Shown piece after piece: positions 51,901 to 64,000 of a stretch of 64,000 nt of DNA (position 1 is the stretch's first letter; each line of letters opens with the position of its first letter). A model generated the notes under the pieces. It was not told the DNA's origin. It made no database searches and saw nothing but the letters and a program-made list of their open reading frames with translations. This DNA is from Auanema rhodensis (taxonomy: Eukaryota; Animalia; Nematoda). Location of the stretch: positions 1,984,001 through 2,048,000 of the forward strand of contig OZ059896.1 in the NCBI GenBank assembly GCA_964057225.1. Reading direction: 5' to 3'. The translations under genes were made by a program, and so were the position numbers.

Positions 51901-54900
51901 AATTTTTCGGGAAAATTTTTGTCAAAATGTTTTTGGAAGCAATGTTGTGTGTACATGGAAACTCAACATACACTAATGCATCATTTTTCAAACGATCATA
52001 ACTAATTTTTGTATTGAGCGTTTCTCAATGTAGTATCGTGCATTCGATGCGGATTTTTAAGCTGCGTCGATCTGTGTTATCAGATTTGCGCTAGCTTAAA
52101 AATGAACCGAGATATCAACTGATATAAGTTCACACCTATATCCTCGATTTTCACCGTGAAGAATTAATTTTTTTGTTGAATGACATTGTCCATCGTCTTT
52201 GTCTTGAAAAAAGGAATCTAAAAACATCTACTTTTTGTAAATTTATTCTGAAATTTTTCGGGAAAATGTTTGTCAAAATGTTTTTGGAAGCAATGTTGAG
52301 TGTACATGGAAACTCAACATACACTAATGCATCATTTTTCAAACAATCATAACTAATTTTTGTATTGAGCGTTTCTTAATGTAGTATAGTACATTCGATG
52401 CGGATTTTTAAGCTGCGTCGATCTGTGTTATCAGATTTGCGCTAGCTTAAAAATGCACCGAGATATCAACTGATATAGGTTCACACTTATATCCTCGATT
52501 TTCACCGTGAAGAATTAGTTTTTTTGTTGAATGACAATGTCCATCGTCTTTGTCTTGAAAAAAGAAATCTAAAAACATCTACTTTTTGTAAATTTATTCT
52601 GAAATTTTTCGGGAAAATGTTTGTCAAAATGTTTTTGGAAGCAATGTTGAGTGTACATGGAAACTCAACATACACTAATGCATCATTTTTCAAACAATCA
52701 TAACTAATTTTTGTATTGAGCGTTTCTTAATGTAGTATAGTACATTCGATGCGGATTTTTAAGCTGCGTCGATCTGTGTTATCAGATTTGCGCTAGCTTA
52801 AAAATGCACCGAGATATCAACTGATATAGGTTCACACTTATATCCTCGATTTTCACCGTGAAGAATTAGTTTTTTTGTTGAATGACAATGTCCATCGTCT
52901 TTGTCTTGAAAAAAGAAATCTAAAAACATCTACTTTTTGTAAAATTATTTTGAAATTTTTCGGGAAAATTTTTGTCAAAATGTTTTTGGAAGCAATGTTG
53001 TGTGTACATGGAAACTCAACATACACTAATGCATCATTTTTCAAACGATCATAACTAATTTTTGTATTGAGCGTTTCTAAATGTAGTATCGTGCATTCGA
53101 TGCGGATTTTTAAGCTGCGTCGATCTGTGTTATCAGATTTGCGCTAGCTTAAAAATGAACCGAGATATCAACTGATATAAGTTCACACTTATATCCTCGA
53201 TTTTCACCGTGAAGAATTAATTTTTTTGTTGAATGACATTGTCCATCGTCTTTGTCTTGAAAAAAGGAATCTAAAAACATCTACTTTTTGTAAATTTATT
53301 CTGAAATTTTTCGGGAAAATGTTTGTCAAAATGTTTTTGGAAGCAATGTTGAGTGTACATGGAAACTCAACATACACTAATGCATCATTTTTCAAACAAT
53401 CATAACTAATTTTTGTATTGAGCGTTTCTTAATGTAGTATAGTACATTCGATGCGGATTTTTAAGCTGCGTCGATCTGTGTTATCAGATTTGCGCTAGCT
53501 TAAAAATGAACCGAGATATCAACTGATATAGGTTCACACTTATATCCTCGATTTTCACCCTGAAGATTTAATTTTTTCGTTGAATAACATTGTCCATCGT
53601 CTTTGTCTTGAAAAAAGGAATCTAAAAACATCTACTTTTTGTGAAATTATTTTGAAATTTTTCGGGAAAATTTTTGTCAAAATGTTTTTGGAAGCATTGT
53701 TGAGTGTACATGGAAACTCAACATACACTAATGCATCATTTTTCAAACGATCATAACTAATTTTTGTATTAAGCGTTACTTAATGTAGTATAGTGCATTC
53801 GATGTGGATTTTTAAGCTGCGTCGATCTGTGTTATCAGATTTGCGCTAGCTTAAAAATGCACCGAGATATCAACTGATATAGGTTCACACTTATATCCTC
53901 GATTTTCACCGTGAAGAATTAGTTTTTTTGTTGAATGACAATGTCCATCGTCTTTGTCTTGAAAAAAGAAATCTAAAAACATCTACTTTTTGTAAAATTA
54001 TTTTGAAATTTTTCGGGAAAATTTTTGTCAAAATGTTTTTGGAAGCAATGTTGTGTGTACATGGAAACTCAACATACACTAATGCATCATTTTTCAAACG
54101 ATCATAACTAATTTTTGTATTGAGCGTTTCTAAATGTAGTATCGTGCATTCGATGCGGATTTTTAAGCTGCGTCGATCTGTGTTATCAGATTTGCGCTAG
54201 CTTAAAAATGAACCGAGATATCAACTGATATAAGTTCACACTTATATCCTCGATTTTCACCGTGAAGAATTAATTTTTTTGTTGAATGACATTGTCCATC
54301 GTCTTTGTCTTGAAAAAAGGAATCTAAAAACATCTACTTTTTGTAAATTTATTCTGAAATTTTTCGGGAAAATGTTTGTCAAAATGTTTTTGGAAGCAAT
54401 GTTGAGTGTACATGGAAACTCAACATACACTAATGCATCATTTTTCAAACAATCATAACTAATTTTTGTATTGAGCGTTTCTTAATGTAGTATAGTACAT
54501 TCGATGCGGATTTTTAAGCTGCGTCGATCTGTGTTATCAGATTTGCGCTAGCTTAAAAATGAACCGAGATATCAACTGATATAGGTTCACACTTATATCC
54601 TCGATTTTCACCCTGAAGATTTAATTTTTTCGTTGAATAACATTGTCCATCGTCTTTGTCTTGAAAAAAGGAATCTAAAAACATCTACTTTTTGTGAAAT
54701 TATTTTGAAATTTTTCGGGAAAATTTTTGTCAAAATGTTTTTGGAAGCATTGTTGAGTGTACATGGAAACTCAACATACACTAATGCATCATTTTTCAAA
54801 CGATCATAACTAATTTTTGTATTAAGCGTTACTTAATGTAGTATAGTGCATTCGATGTGGATTTTTAAGCTGCGTCGATCTGTGTTATCAGATTTGCGCT

Positions 54901-57900
54901 AGCTTGAAAATGCACCGAGATATCAACTGATATAGGTTCACACTTATATCCTCGATTTTCACCGTGAAGAATTAATTTTTTCGTTGAATAACAATGTCCA
55001 TCGTCTTTGTCTTGAAAAAAGGAATCTAAAAACATCTACTTTTTGTAAATTTATTCTGAAATTTTTCGGGAAAATGTTTGTCAAAATGTTTTTGGAAGCA
55101 ATGTTGAGTGTACATGGAAACTCAACATACACTAATGCATCATTTTTCAAACAATCATAACTAATTTTTGTATTGAGCGTTTCTTAATGTAGTATAGTAC
55201 ATTTGATGCGGATTTTTAAGCTGCGTCGATCTGTGTTATCAGATTTGCGCTTGCTTAAAAATGAACCGAGATATCAACTGATATAGGTTCACACTTATAT
55301 CCTCGATTTTCACCCTGAAGATTTAATTTTTTCGTTGAAAAACATTGTCCATCGTCTTTGTCTTGAAAAAAGGAATCTAAAAACATCTACTTTTTGTGAA
55401 ATTATTTTGAAATTTTTCGGGAAAATTTTTGTCAAAATGTTTTTGGAAGCATTGTTGAGTGTACATGGAAACTCAACATACACTAATGCATCATTTTTCA
55501 AACGATCATAACTAATTTTTGTATTGAGCGTTGCTTAATGTAGTATAGTGCATTCGATGCGGATTTTTAAGCTGCGTCGATCTGTGTTATCAGATTTGCG
55601 CTACCTTAAAAATACACCGAGATATCAACTGATATAAGTTCACACTTATATCCTCGATTTTCACCCTGAAGAATTAATTTTTTTGTTGAATAACAATGTC
55701 CATCGTCTTTGTCTTGAAAAAAGGAATCTAAAAACATCTACTTTTTGTGAAATTATTTTGAAATTTTTCGGGAAACTTTTTGTCAAAATGTTTTTGGAAG
55801 CAATGTTGAGTGTACATGGAAACTCAACATACACTAATGCATCATTTTTCAAACGATCATAACTAATTTTTGTATTGAGCGTTGCTTAATGTAGTATAGT
55901 GCATTCGATGCGGATTTTTAAGCTGCGTCGATCTGTGTTATCAGATTTGCGCTAGCTTAAAAATGCACCGAGATATCAACTGATATAGGTTCACACTTAT
56001 ATCCTCGATTTTCACCGTGAAGAATTAGTTTTTTTGTTGAATGACATTGTCCATCGTCTTTGTCTTGGAAAAAGGAATCTAAAAACATCTACTTTTTGTA
56101 AATTTATTCTGAAATTTTTCGGGAAAATGTTTGTCAAAATGTTTTTGGAAGCAATGTTGAGTGTACATGGAAACTCAACATACACTAATGCATCATTTTT
56201 CAAACAATCATAACTAATTTTTGTATTGAGCGTTTCTTAATGTAGTATAGTACATTCGATGCGGATTTTTAAGCTGCGTCGATCTGTGTTATCAGATTTG
56301 CGCTAGCTTAAAAATGAACCGAGATATCAACTGATATAAGTTCACACTTATATCCTCGATTTTCACCGTGAAGAATTAATTTTTTTGTTGAATGACATTG
56401 TCCATCGTCTTTGTCTTGAAAAAAGGAATCTAAAAACATCTACTTTTTGTAAATTTATTCTGAAATTTTTCGGGAAAATGTTTGTCAAAATGTTTTTGGA
56501 AGCAATGTTGAGTGTACATGGAAACTCAACATACACTAATGCATCATTTTTCAAACAATCATAACTAATTTTTGTATTGAGCGTTTCTTAATGTAGTATA
56601 GTACATTCGATGCGGATTTTTAAGCTGCGTCGATCTGTGTTATCAGATTTGCGCTATCTTAAAAATGAACTGAGATATCAACTGATATAAAATCACACTT
56701 ATATCCTCGATTTTCACCGTGAAGAATTAATTTTTTTGTTGAATGACAATGTCCATCGTCTTTGTCTTGAAAAAAGAAATCTAAAAACATCTACTTTTTG
56801 TAAAATTATTTTGAAATTTTTCGGGAAAATTTTTGTCAAAATGTTTTTGGAAGCAATGTTGTGTGTACATGGAAACTCAACATACACTAATGCATCATTT
56901 TTCAAACGATCATAACTAATTTTTGTATTGAGCGTTTCTCAATGTAGTATAGTGCATTCGATGCGGATTTTTAAGCTGCGTCGATCTGTGTTATCAGATT
57001 TGCGCTATCTTAAAAATGAACTGAGATATCAACTGATATAAAATCACACTTATATCCTCGATTTTCACCGTGAAGAATTAATTTTTTTGTTGAATGACAA
57101 TGTCCATCGTCTTTGTCTTGAAAAAAGGAATCTAAAAACATCTACTTTTTGTAAATTTATTCTGAAATTTTTCGGGAAAATGTTTGTCAAAATGTTTTTG
57201 GAAGCAATGTTGAGTGTACATGGAAACTCAACATACACTAATGCATCATTTTTCAAACAATCATAACTAATTTTTGTATTGAGCGTTTCTTAATGTAGTA
57301 TAGTACATTCGATGCGGATTTTTAAGCTGCGTCGATCTGTGTTATCAGATTTGCGCTAGCTTAAAAATGAACCGAGATATCAACTGATATAGGTTCACAC
57401 TTATATCCTCGATTTTCACCCTGAAGATTTAATTTTTTCGTTGAATAACATTGTCCATCGTCTTTGTCTTGAAAAAAGGAATCTAAAAACATCTACTTTT
57501 TGTGAAATTATTTTGAAATTTTTCGGGAAAATTTTTGTCAAAATGTTTTTGGAAGCATTGTTGAGTGTACATGGAAACTCAACATACACTAATGCATCAT
57601 TTTTCAAACGATCATAACTAATTTTTGTATTGAGCGTTTCTCCATGTAGTATAGTGCATTCGATGCGGATTTTTAAGCTGCGTCGATCTGTGTTATCAGA
57701 TTTGCGCTAGCTTGAAAATGCACCGAGATATCAACTGATATAGGTTCACACTTATATCCTCGATTTTCACCGTGAAGAATTAATTTTTTTGTTGAATAAC
57801 AATGTCCATCGTCTTTGTCTTGAAAAAAGGAATCTAAAAACATCTACTTTTTGTGAAATTATTTTGAAATTTTTCGGGAAAATTTTTGTCAAAATGTTTT

Positions 57901-60900
57901 TGGAAGCAATGTTGAGTGTACATGGAAACTCAACATACACTAATGCATCATTTTTCAAACGATCATAACTAATTTTTGTATTGAGTGTTTCCCAATGTAG
58001 TATAGTGCATTCGATGTGGATTTTTAAGCTGCGTCGATCTGTGTTATCAGATTTGCGCTAGCTTAAAAATGCACCGAGATATCAACTGATATAAGTTCAC
58101 ACTTATATCCTCGATTTTCACCCTGAAGAATTAATTTTTTTGTTGAATAACAATGTCCATCGTCTTTGTCTTGAAAAAAGGAATCTAAAAACATCTACTT
58201 TTTGTGAAATTATTTTGAAATTTTTCGGGAAAATTTTTGTCAAAATGTTTTTGGAAGCAATGTTGAGTGTACATGGAAACTCAACATACACTAATGCATC
58301 ATTTTTCAAACGATCATAACTAATTTTTGTATTGAGTGTTTCCCAATGTAGTATAGTGCATTCGATGTGGATTTTTAAGCTGCGTCGATCTGTGTTATCA
58401 GATTTGCGCTAGCTTAAAAATGCACCGAGATATCAACTGATATAAGTTCACACTTATATCCTCGATTTTCACCCTGAAGAATTAATTTTTTTGTTGAATA
58501 ACAATGTCCATCGTCTTTGTCTTGAAAAAAGGAATCTAAAAACATCTACTTTTTGTGAAATTATTTTGAAATTTTTCGGGAAAATTTTTGTCAAAATGTT
58601 TTTGGAAGCAATGTTGAGTGTACATGGAAACTCAACATACACTAATGCATCATTTTTCAAACGATCATAACTAATTTTTGTATTGAGTGTCTCCCAATGT
58701 AGTATAGTGCATTCGATGTGGATTTTTAAGCTGCGTCGATCTGTGTTATCAGATTTGCGCTAGCTTAAAAATACACCGAGATATCAACTGATATAAGTTC
58801 ACACTTATATCCTCGATTTTCACCCTGAAGAATTAATTTTTTTGTTGAATGACAATGTCCATCGTCTTTGTCTTGAAAAAAGGAATCTAAAAACATCTAC
58901 TTTTTGTAAATTTATTCTGAAATTTTTCGGGAAAATGTTTGTCAAAATGTTTTTGGAAGCAATGTTGAGTGTACATGGAAACTCAACATACACTAATGCA
59001 TCATTTTTCAAACAATCATAACTAATTTTTGTATTGAGCGTTTCTTAATGTAGTATAGTACATTCGATGCGGATTTTTAAGCTGCGTCGATCTGTGTTAT
59101 CAGATTTGCGCTAGCTTGAAAATGCACCGAGATATCAACTGATATAGGTTCACACTTATATCCTCGATTTTCACCCTGAAGATTTAATTTTTTTGTTGAA
59201 TAACAATGTCCATCGTCTTTGTCTTGAAAAAAGGAATCTAAAAACATCTACTTTTTGTAAATTTATTCTGAAATTTTTCGGGAAAATGTTTGTCAAAATG
59301 TTTTTGGAAGCAATGTTGAGTGTACATGGAAACTCAACATACACTAATGCATCATTTTTCAAACAATCATAACTAATTTTTGTATCGAGCGTTTCTTAAT
59401 GTAGTATAGTACATTCGATGCGGATTTTTAAGCTGCGTCGATCTGTGTTATCAGATTTGCGCTAGCTTAAAAATGAACCGAGATATCAACTGATATAGGT
59501 TCACACTTATATCCTCGATTTTCACCGTGAAGAATTAATTTTTTTGTTGAATGACAATGTCCATCGTCTTTGTCTTGAAAAAAGGAATCTAAAAACATCT
59601 ACTTTTTGTAAATTTATTCTGAAATTTTTCGGGAAAATGTTTGTCAAAATGTTTTTGGAAGCAATGTTGAGTGTACATGGAAACTCAACATACACTAATG
59701 CATCATTTTTCAAACAATCATAACTAATTTTTGTATTGAGCGTTTCTTAATGTAGTATAGTACATTCGATGCGGATTTTTAAGCTGCGTCGATCTGTGTT
59801 ATCAGATTTGCGCTAGCTTAAAAATGAACCGAGATATCAACTGATATAGGTTCACACTTATATCCTCGATTTTCACCCTGAAGATTTAATTTTATCGTTG
59901 AATAACATTGTCCATCGTCTTTGTCTTGAAAAAAGGAATCTAAAAACATCTACTTTTTGTGAAATTATTTCGAAATTTTTCGGGAAAATGTTTGTCAAAA
60001 TGTTTTTGGAAGCAATGTTGAGTGTACATGGAAACTCAACATACACTAATGCATCATTTTTCAAACAATCATAACTAATTTTTGTATTGAGCGTTTCTTA
60101 ATGTAGTATAGTACATTCGATGCGGATTTTTAAGCTGCGTCGATCTGTGTTATCAGATTTGCGCTAGCTTAAAAATGAACCGAGATATCAACTGATATAG
60201 GTTCACACTTATATCCTCGATTTTCACCCTGAAGATTTAATTTTATCGTTGAATAACATTGTCCATCGTCTTTGTCTTGAAAAAAGGAATCTAAAAACAT
60301 CTACTTTTTGTGAAATTATTTTGAAATTTTTCGGGAAAATTTTTGTCAAAATGTTTTTGGAAGCATTGTTGAGTGTACATGGAAACTCAACATACACTAA
60401 TGCATCATTTTTCAAACGATCATAACTAATTTTTGTATTGAGCGTTTCTCCATGTAGTATAGTGCATTCGATGCGGATTTTTAAGCTGCGTCGATCTGTG
60501 TTATCAGATTTGCGCTAGCTTGAAAATGCACCGAGATATCAACTGATATAGGTTCACACTTATATCCTCGATTTTCACCGTGAAGAATTAATTTTTTTGT
60601 TGAATGACAATGTCCATCGTCTTTGTCTTGAAAAAAGGAATCTAAAAACATCTACTTTTTGTAAATTTATTCTGAAATTTTTCGGGAAAATGTTTGTCAA
60701 AATGTTTTTGGAAGCAATGTTGAGTGTACATGGAAACTCAACATACACTAATGCATCATTTTTCAAACAATCATAACTAATTTTTGTATTGAGCGTTTCT
60801 TAATGTAGTATAGTACATTCGATGCGGATTTTTAAGCTGCGTCGATCTGTGTTATCAGATTTGCGCTAGCTTAAAAATGAACCGAGATATCAACTGATAT

Positions 60901-63900
60901 AGGTTCACACTTATATCCTCGATTTTCACCCTGAAGATTTAATTTTATCGTTGAATAACATTGTCCATCGTCTTTGTCTTGAAAAAAGGAATCTAAAAAC
61001 ATCTACTTTTTGTGAAATTATTTTGAAATTTTTCGGGAAAATTTTTGTCAAAATGTTTTTGGAAGCATTGTTGAGTGTACATGGAAACTCAACATACACT
61101 AATGCATCATTTTTCAAACGATCATAACTAATTTTTGTATTGAGCGTTTCTCCATGTAGTATAGTGCATTCGATGCGGATTTTTAAGCTGCGTCGATCTG
61201 TGTTATCAGATTTGCGCTAGCTTGAAAATGCACCGAGATATCAACTGATATAGGTTCACACTTATATCCTCGATTTTCACCGTGAAGAATTAATTTTTTT
61301 GTTGAATAACAATGTCCATCGTCTTTGTCTTGAAAAAAGGAATCTAAAAACATCTACTTTTTGTGAAATTATCTTGAAATTTTTCGGGAAAATTTTTGTC
61401 AAAATGTTTCTGGAAGCAATGTTGAGTGTACATGGAAACTCAACATACACTAATGCATCATTTTTCAAACGATCATAACTAATTTTTGTATTGAGCGTTT
61501 CTCCATGTAGTATAGTGCATTCGATGTGGATTTTTAAGCTGCGTCGATCTGTGTTATCAGATTTGCGCTAGCTTGAAAATGCACCGAGATATCAACTGAT
61601 ATAGGTTCACACTTATATCCTCGATTTTCACCGTGAAGAATTAATTTTTTCGTTGAATAACAATGTCCATCGTCTTTGTCTTGGAAAAAGGAATCTAAAA
61701 ACATCTACTTTTTGTAAATTTATTCTGAAACTTTTCGGGAAAATGTTTGTCAAAATGTTTTTGGAAGCAATGTTGAGTGTACATGGAAACTCAACATACA
61801 CTAATGCATCATTTTTCAAACGATCATAACTAATTTTTGTATTGAGCGTTGCTTAATGTAGTATAGTGCATTCGATGCGGATTTTTAAGCTGCGTCGATC
61901 TGTGTTATCAGATTTGCGCTAGCTTAAAAATGCACCGAGATATCAACTGATATAGGTTCACACTTATATCCTCGATTTTCACCGTGAAGAATTAATTTTT
62001 TTGTTGAATGACAATGTCCATCGTCTTTGTCTTGAAAAAAGAAATCTAAAAACATCTACTTTTTGTAAAATTATTTTGAAATTTTTCGGGAAAATTTTTG
62101 TCAAAATGTTTTTGGAAGCAATGTTGTGTGTACATGGAAACTCAACATACACTAATGCATCATTTTTCAAACGATCATAACTAATTTTTGTATTGAGCGT
62201 TTCTTAATGTAGTATAGTGCATTCGATGCGGATTTTTAAGCTGCGTCGATCTGTGTTATCAGATTTGCGCTAGCTTAAAAATGAACCGAGATATCAACTG
62301 ATATAGGTTCACACTTATATCCTCGATTTTCACCGTGAAGAATTATTTTTTTTGTTGAATGACAATGTCCATCGTCTTTGTCTTGAAAAAAGGAATCTAA
62401 AAACATCTACTTTTTGTAAATTTATTCTGAAATTTTTCGGGAAAATGTTTGTCAAAATGTTTTTGGAAGCAATGTTGAGTGTACATGGAAACTCAACATA
62501 CACTAATGCATCATTTTTCAAACAATCATAACTAATTTTTGTATTGAGCGTTTCTTAATGTAGTATAGTACATTCGATGCGGATTTTTAAGCTGCGTCGA
62601 TCTGTGTTATCAGATTTGCGCTAGCTTAAAAATGAACCGAGATATCAACTGATATAGGTTCACACTTATATCCTCGATTTTCACCCTGAAGATTTAATTT
62701 TTTCGTTGAATAACATTGTCCATCGTCTTTGTCTTGAAAAAAGGAATCTAAAAACATCTACTTTTTGTGAAATTATTTTGAAATTTTTCGGGAAAATGTT
62801 TGTCAAAATGTTTTTGGAAGCAATGTTGAGTGTACATGGAAACTCAACATACACTAATGCATCATTTTTCAAACAATCATAACTAATTTTTGTATTGAGC
62901 GTTTCTTAATGTAGTATAGTACATTCGATGCGGATTTTTAAGCTGCGTCGATCTGTGTTATCAGATTTGCGCTAGCTTAAAAATGAACCGAGATATCAAC
63001 TGATATAGGTTCACACTTATATCCTCGATTTTCACCCTGAAGATTTAATTTTTTCGTTGAATAACATTGTCCATCGTCTTTTTCTTGAAAAAAGGAATCT
63101 AAAAACATCTACTTTTTGTGAAATTATTTTGAAATTTTTCGGGAAAATTTTTGTCAAAATGTTTTTGGAAGCATTGTTGAGTGTACATGGAAACTCAACA
63201 TACACTAATGCATCATTTTTCAAACGATCATAACTAATTTTTTATTGAGTGTTTCCCAATGTAGTATAGTGCATTCGATGTGGATTTTTAAGCTGCGTCG
63301 ATCTGTGTTATCAGATTTGCGCTAGCTTAAAAATGCACCGAGATATCAACTGATATAAGTTCACACTTATATCCTCGATTTTCACCCTGAAGAATTAATT
63401 TTTTTGTTGAATAACAATGTCCATCGTCTTTGTCTTGAAAAAAGGAATCTAAAAACATCTACTTTTTGTGAAATTATTTTGAAATTTTTCGGGAAAATTT
63501 TTGTCAAAATGTTTTTGGAAGCAATGTTGAGTGTACATGGAAACTCAACCTACACTAATGCATCATTTTTCAAACGATCATAACTAATTTTTGTATTGAG
63601 TGTTTTCCAATGTAGTATAGTGCATTCGATGTGGATTTTTAAGCTGCGTCGATCTGTGTTATCAGATTTGCGCTAGCTTAAAAATGCACCGAGATATCAA
63701 CTGATATAAGTTCACACTTATATCCTCGATTTTCACCCTGAAGAATTAATTTTTTTGTTGAATAACAATGTCCATCGTCTTTGTCTTGAAAAAAGGAATC
63801 TAAAAACATCTACTTTTTGTGAAATTATTTTGAAATTTTTCGGGAAAATTTTTGTCAAAATGTTTTTGGAAGCAATTTTGAGTGTACATGGAAACTCAAC

Positions 63901-64000
63901 ATACACTAATGCATCATTTTTCAAACGATCATAACTAATTTTTGTATTGAGTGTTTCCCAATGTAGTATAGTGCATTCGATGTGGATTTTTAAGCTGCGT
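43000..64000. repeat. Domain of subfamily 'A' monomers with its own private variants
   Basis: Monomers carry TTTTGT(G/A)AA and TTCGGGAAA. Alleles frequent here and rare or absent upstream include GATATAGGTT, CACCGTGAAG, GAATGACA, AATTTATTCTG, AAAATGTTTG, AAACAATC and GAAGATTTAA. The ORF is present in nearly every monomer from 44078 onward. Confidence 0.88.

Larger units (their letters stand above)
1366..64000. repeat. 351-bp satellite array, ~178 head-to-tail monomers in a single orientation, continuing past the right edge
   Basis: The same monomer (...TCACCCTGAAGAATTAA...GTGTACATGGAAACTCAACATACACTAATGCATC...GCATTCGATGCGGATTTTTAAGCTGCGTCGATCTG...) repeats continuously. ORF-track starts lie at 1607+351n up to 63032. 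No insertions or inversions were seen. Confidence 0.99.

Noticed and set aside
1607-63924. About 90 copies of a 63-aa minus-strand ORF (MKNDALVYVEFPCT...) as a tandem gene family
   Set aside because: It starts at TTG, has no recognisable domain, and is broken by a TAG in all B monomers. Its variants are mostly amino-acid changing. It is useful only as a subfamily marker.
1366-64000. A giant repeat protein, since 351 = 117 codons and indels are absent, perhaps under an alternative genetic code
   Set aside because: The frame carrying the ORF contains TGA, TAA and TAG within each monomer, so no single stop reassignment opens it. The ORF track shows nothing long in other frames, although I did not test those under alternative codes.
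1366-64000. Tandem 5S rRNA, tRNA, snRNA or spliced-leader gene array
   Set aside because: I recognised no such RNA sequence or cloverleaf, and the unit is very AT-rich. An Rfam/Infernal scan would be the definitive test.
1-64000. Assigning a named satellite family or species (e.g. plant 178-180-bp or insect ~350-bp satellites)
   Set aside because: Monomer length alone is not diagnostic and I do not recognise the sequences. A database search is needed.

Overview
The whole 64 kb window is non-coding, AT-rich tandem satellite DNA, most likely eukaryotic heterochromatin. A (peri)centromeric location is possible but cannot be shown from the sequence, and the organism cannot be identified. Bases 1-1364 are the end of a ~179-bp satellite array that includes a 536-bp three-monomer higher-order repeat. 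It joins abruptly at ~1365 to an unrelated 351-bp satellite of ~178 head-to-tail monomers that runs off the right edge. All ORFs in the track are by-products of the repeats, and I found no genes, RNA genes, CRISPR arrays or transposases. The main points of interest are inside the 351-bp array: (1) the monomer is built from several hairpins/palindromes, and several of its common polymorphisms fall at mirror (base-paired) positions as complementary substitutions; (2) the 351-bp register is kept exactly for ~61 kb, with a single net 1-bp indel; (3) two monomer subfamilies form layered domains, with the junction-proximal monomers matching those 43 kb away; and (4) nested multi-monomer duplications carry short conversion-like tracts. 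All comparisons were made by eye and need alignment to confirm.
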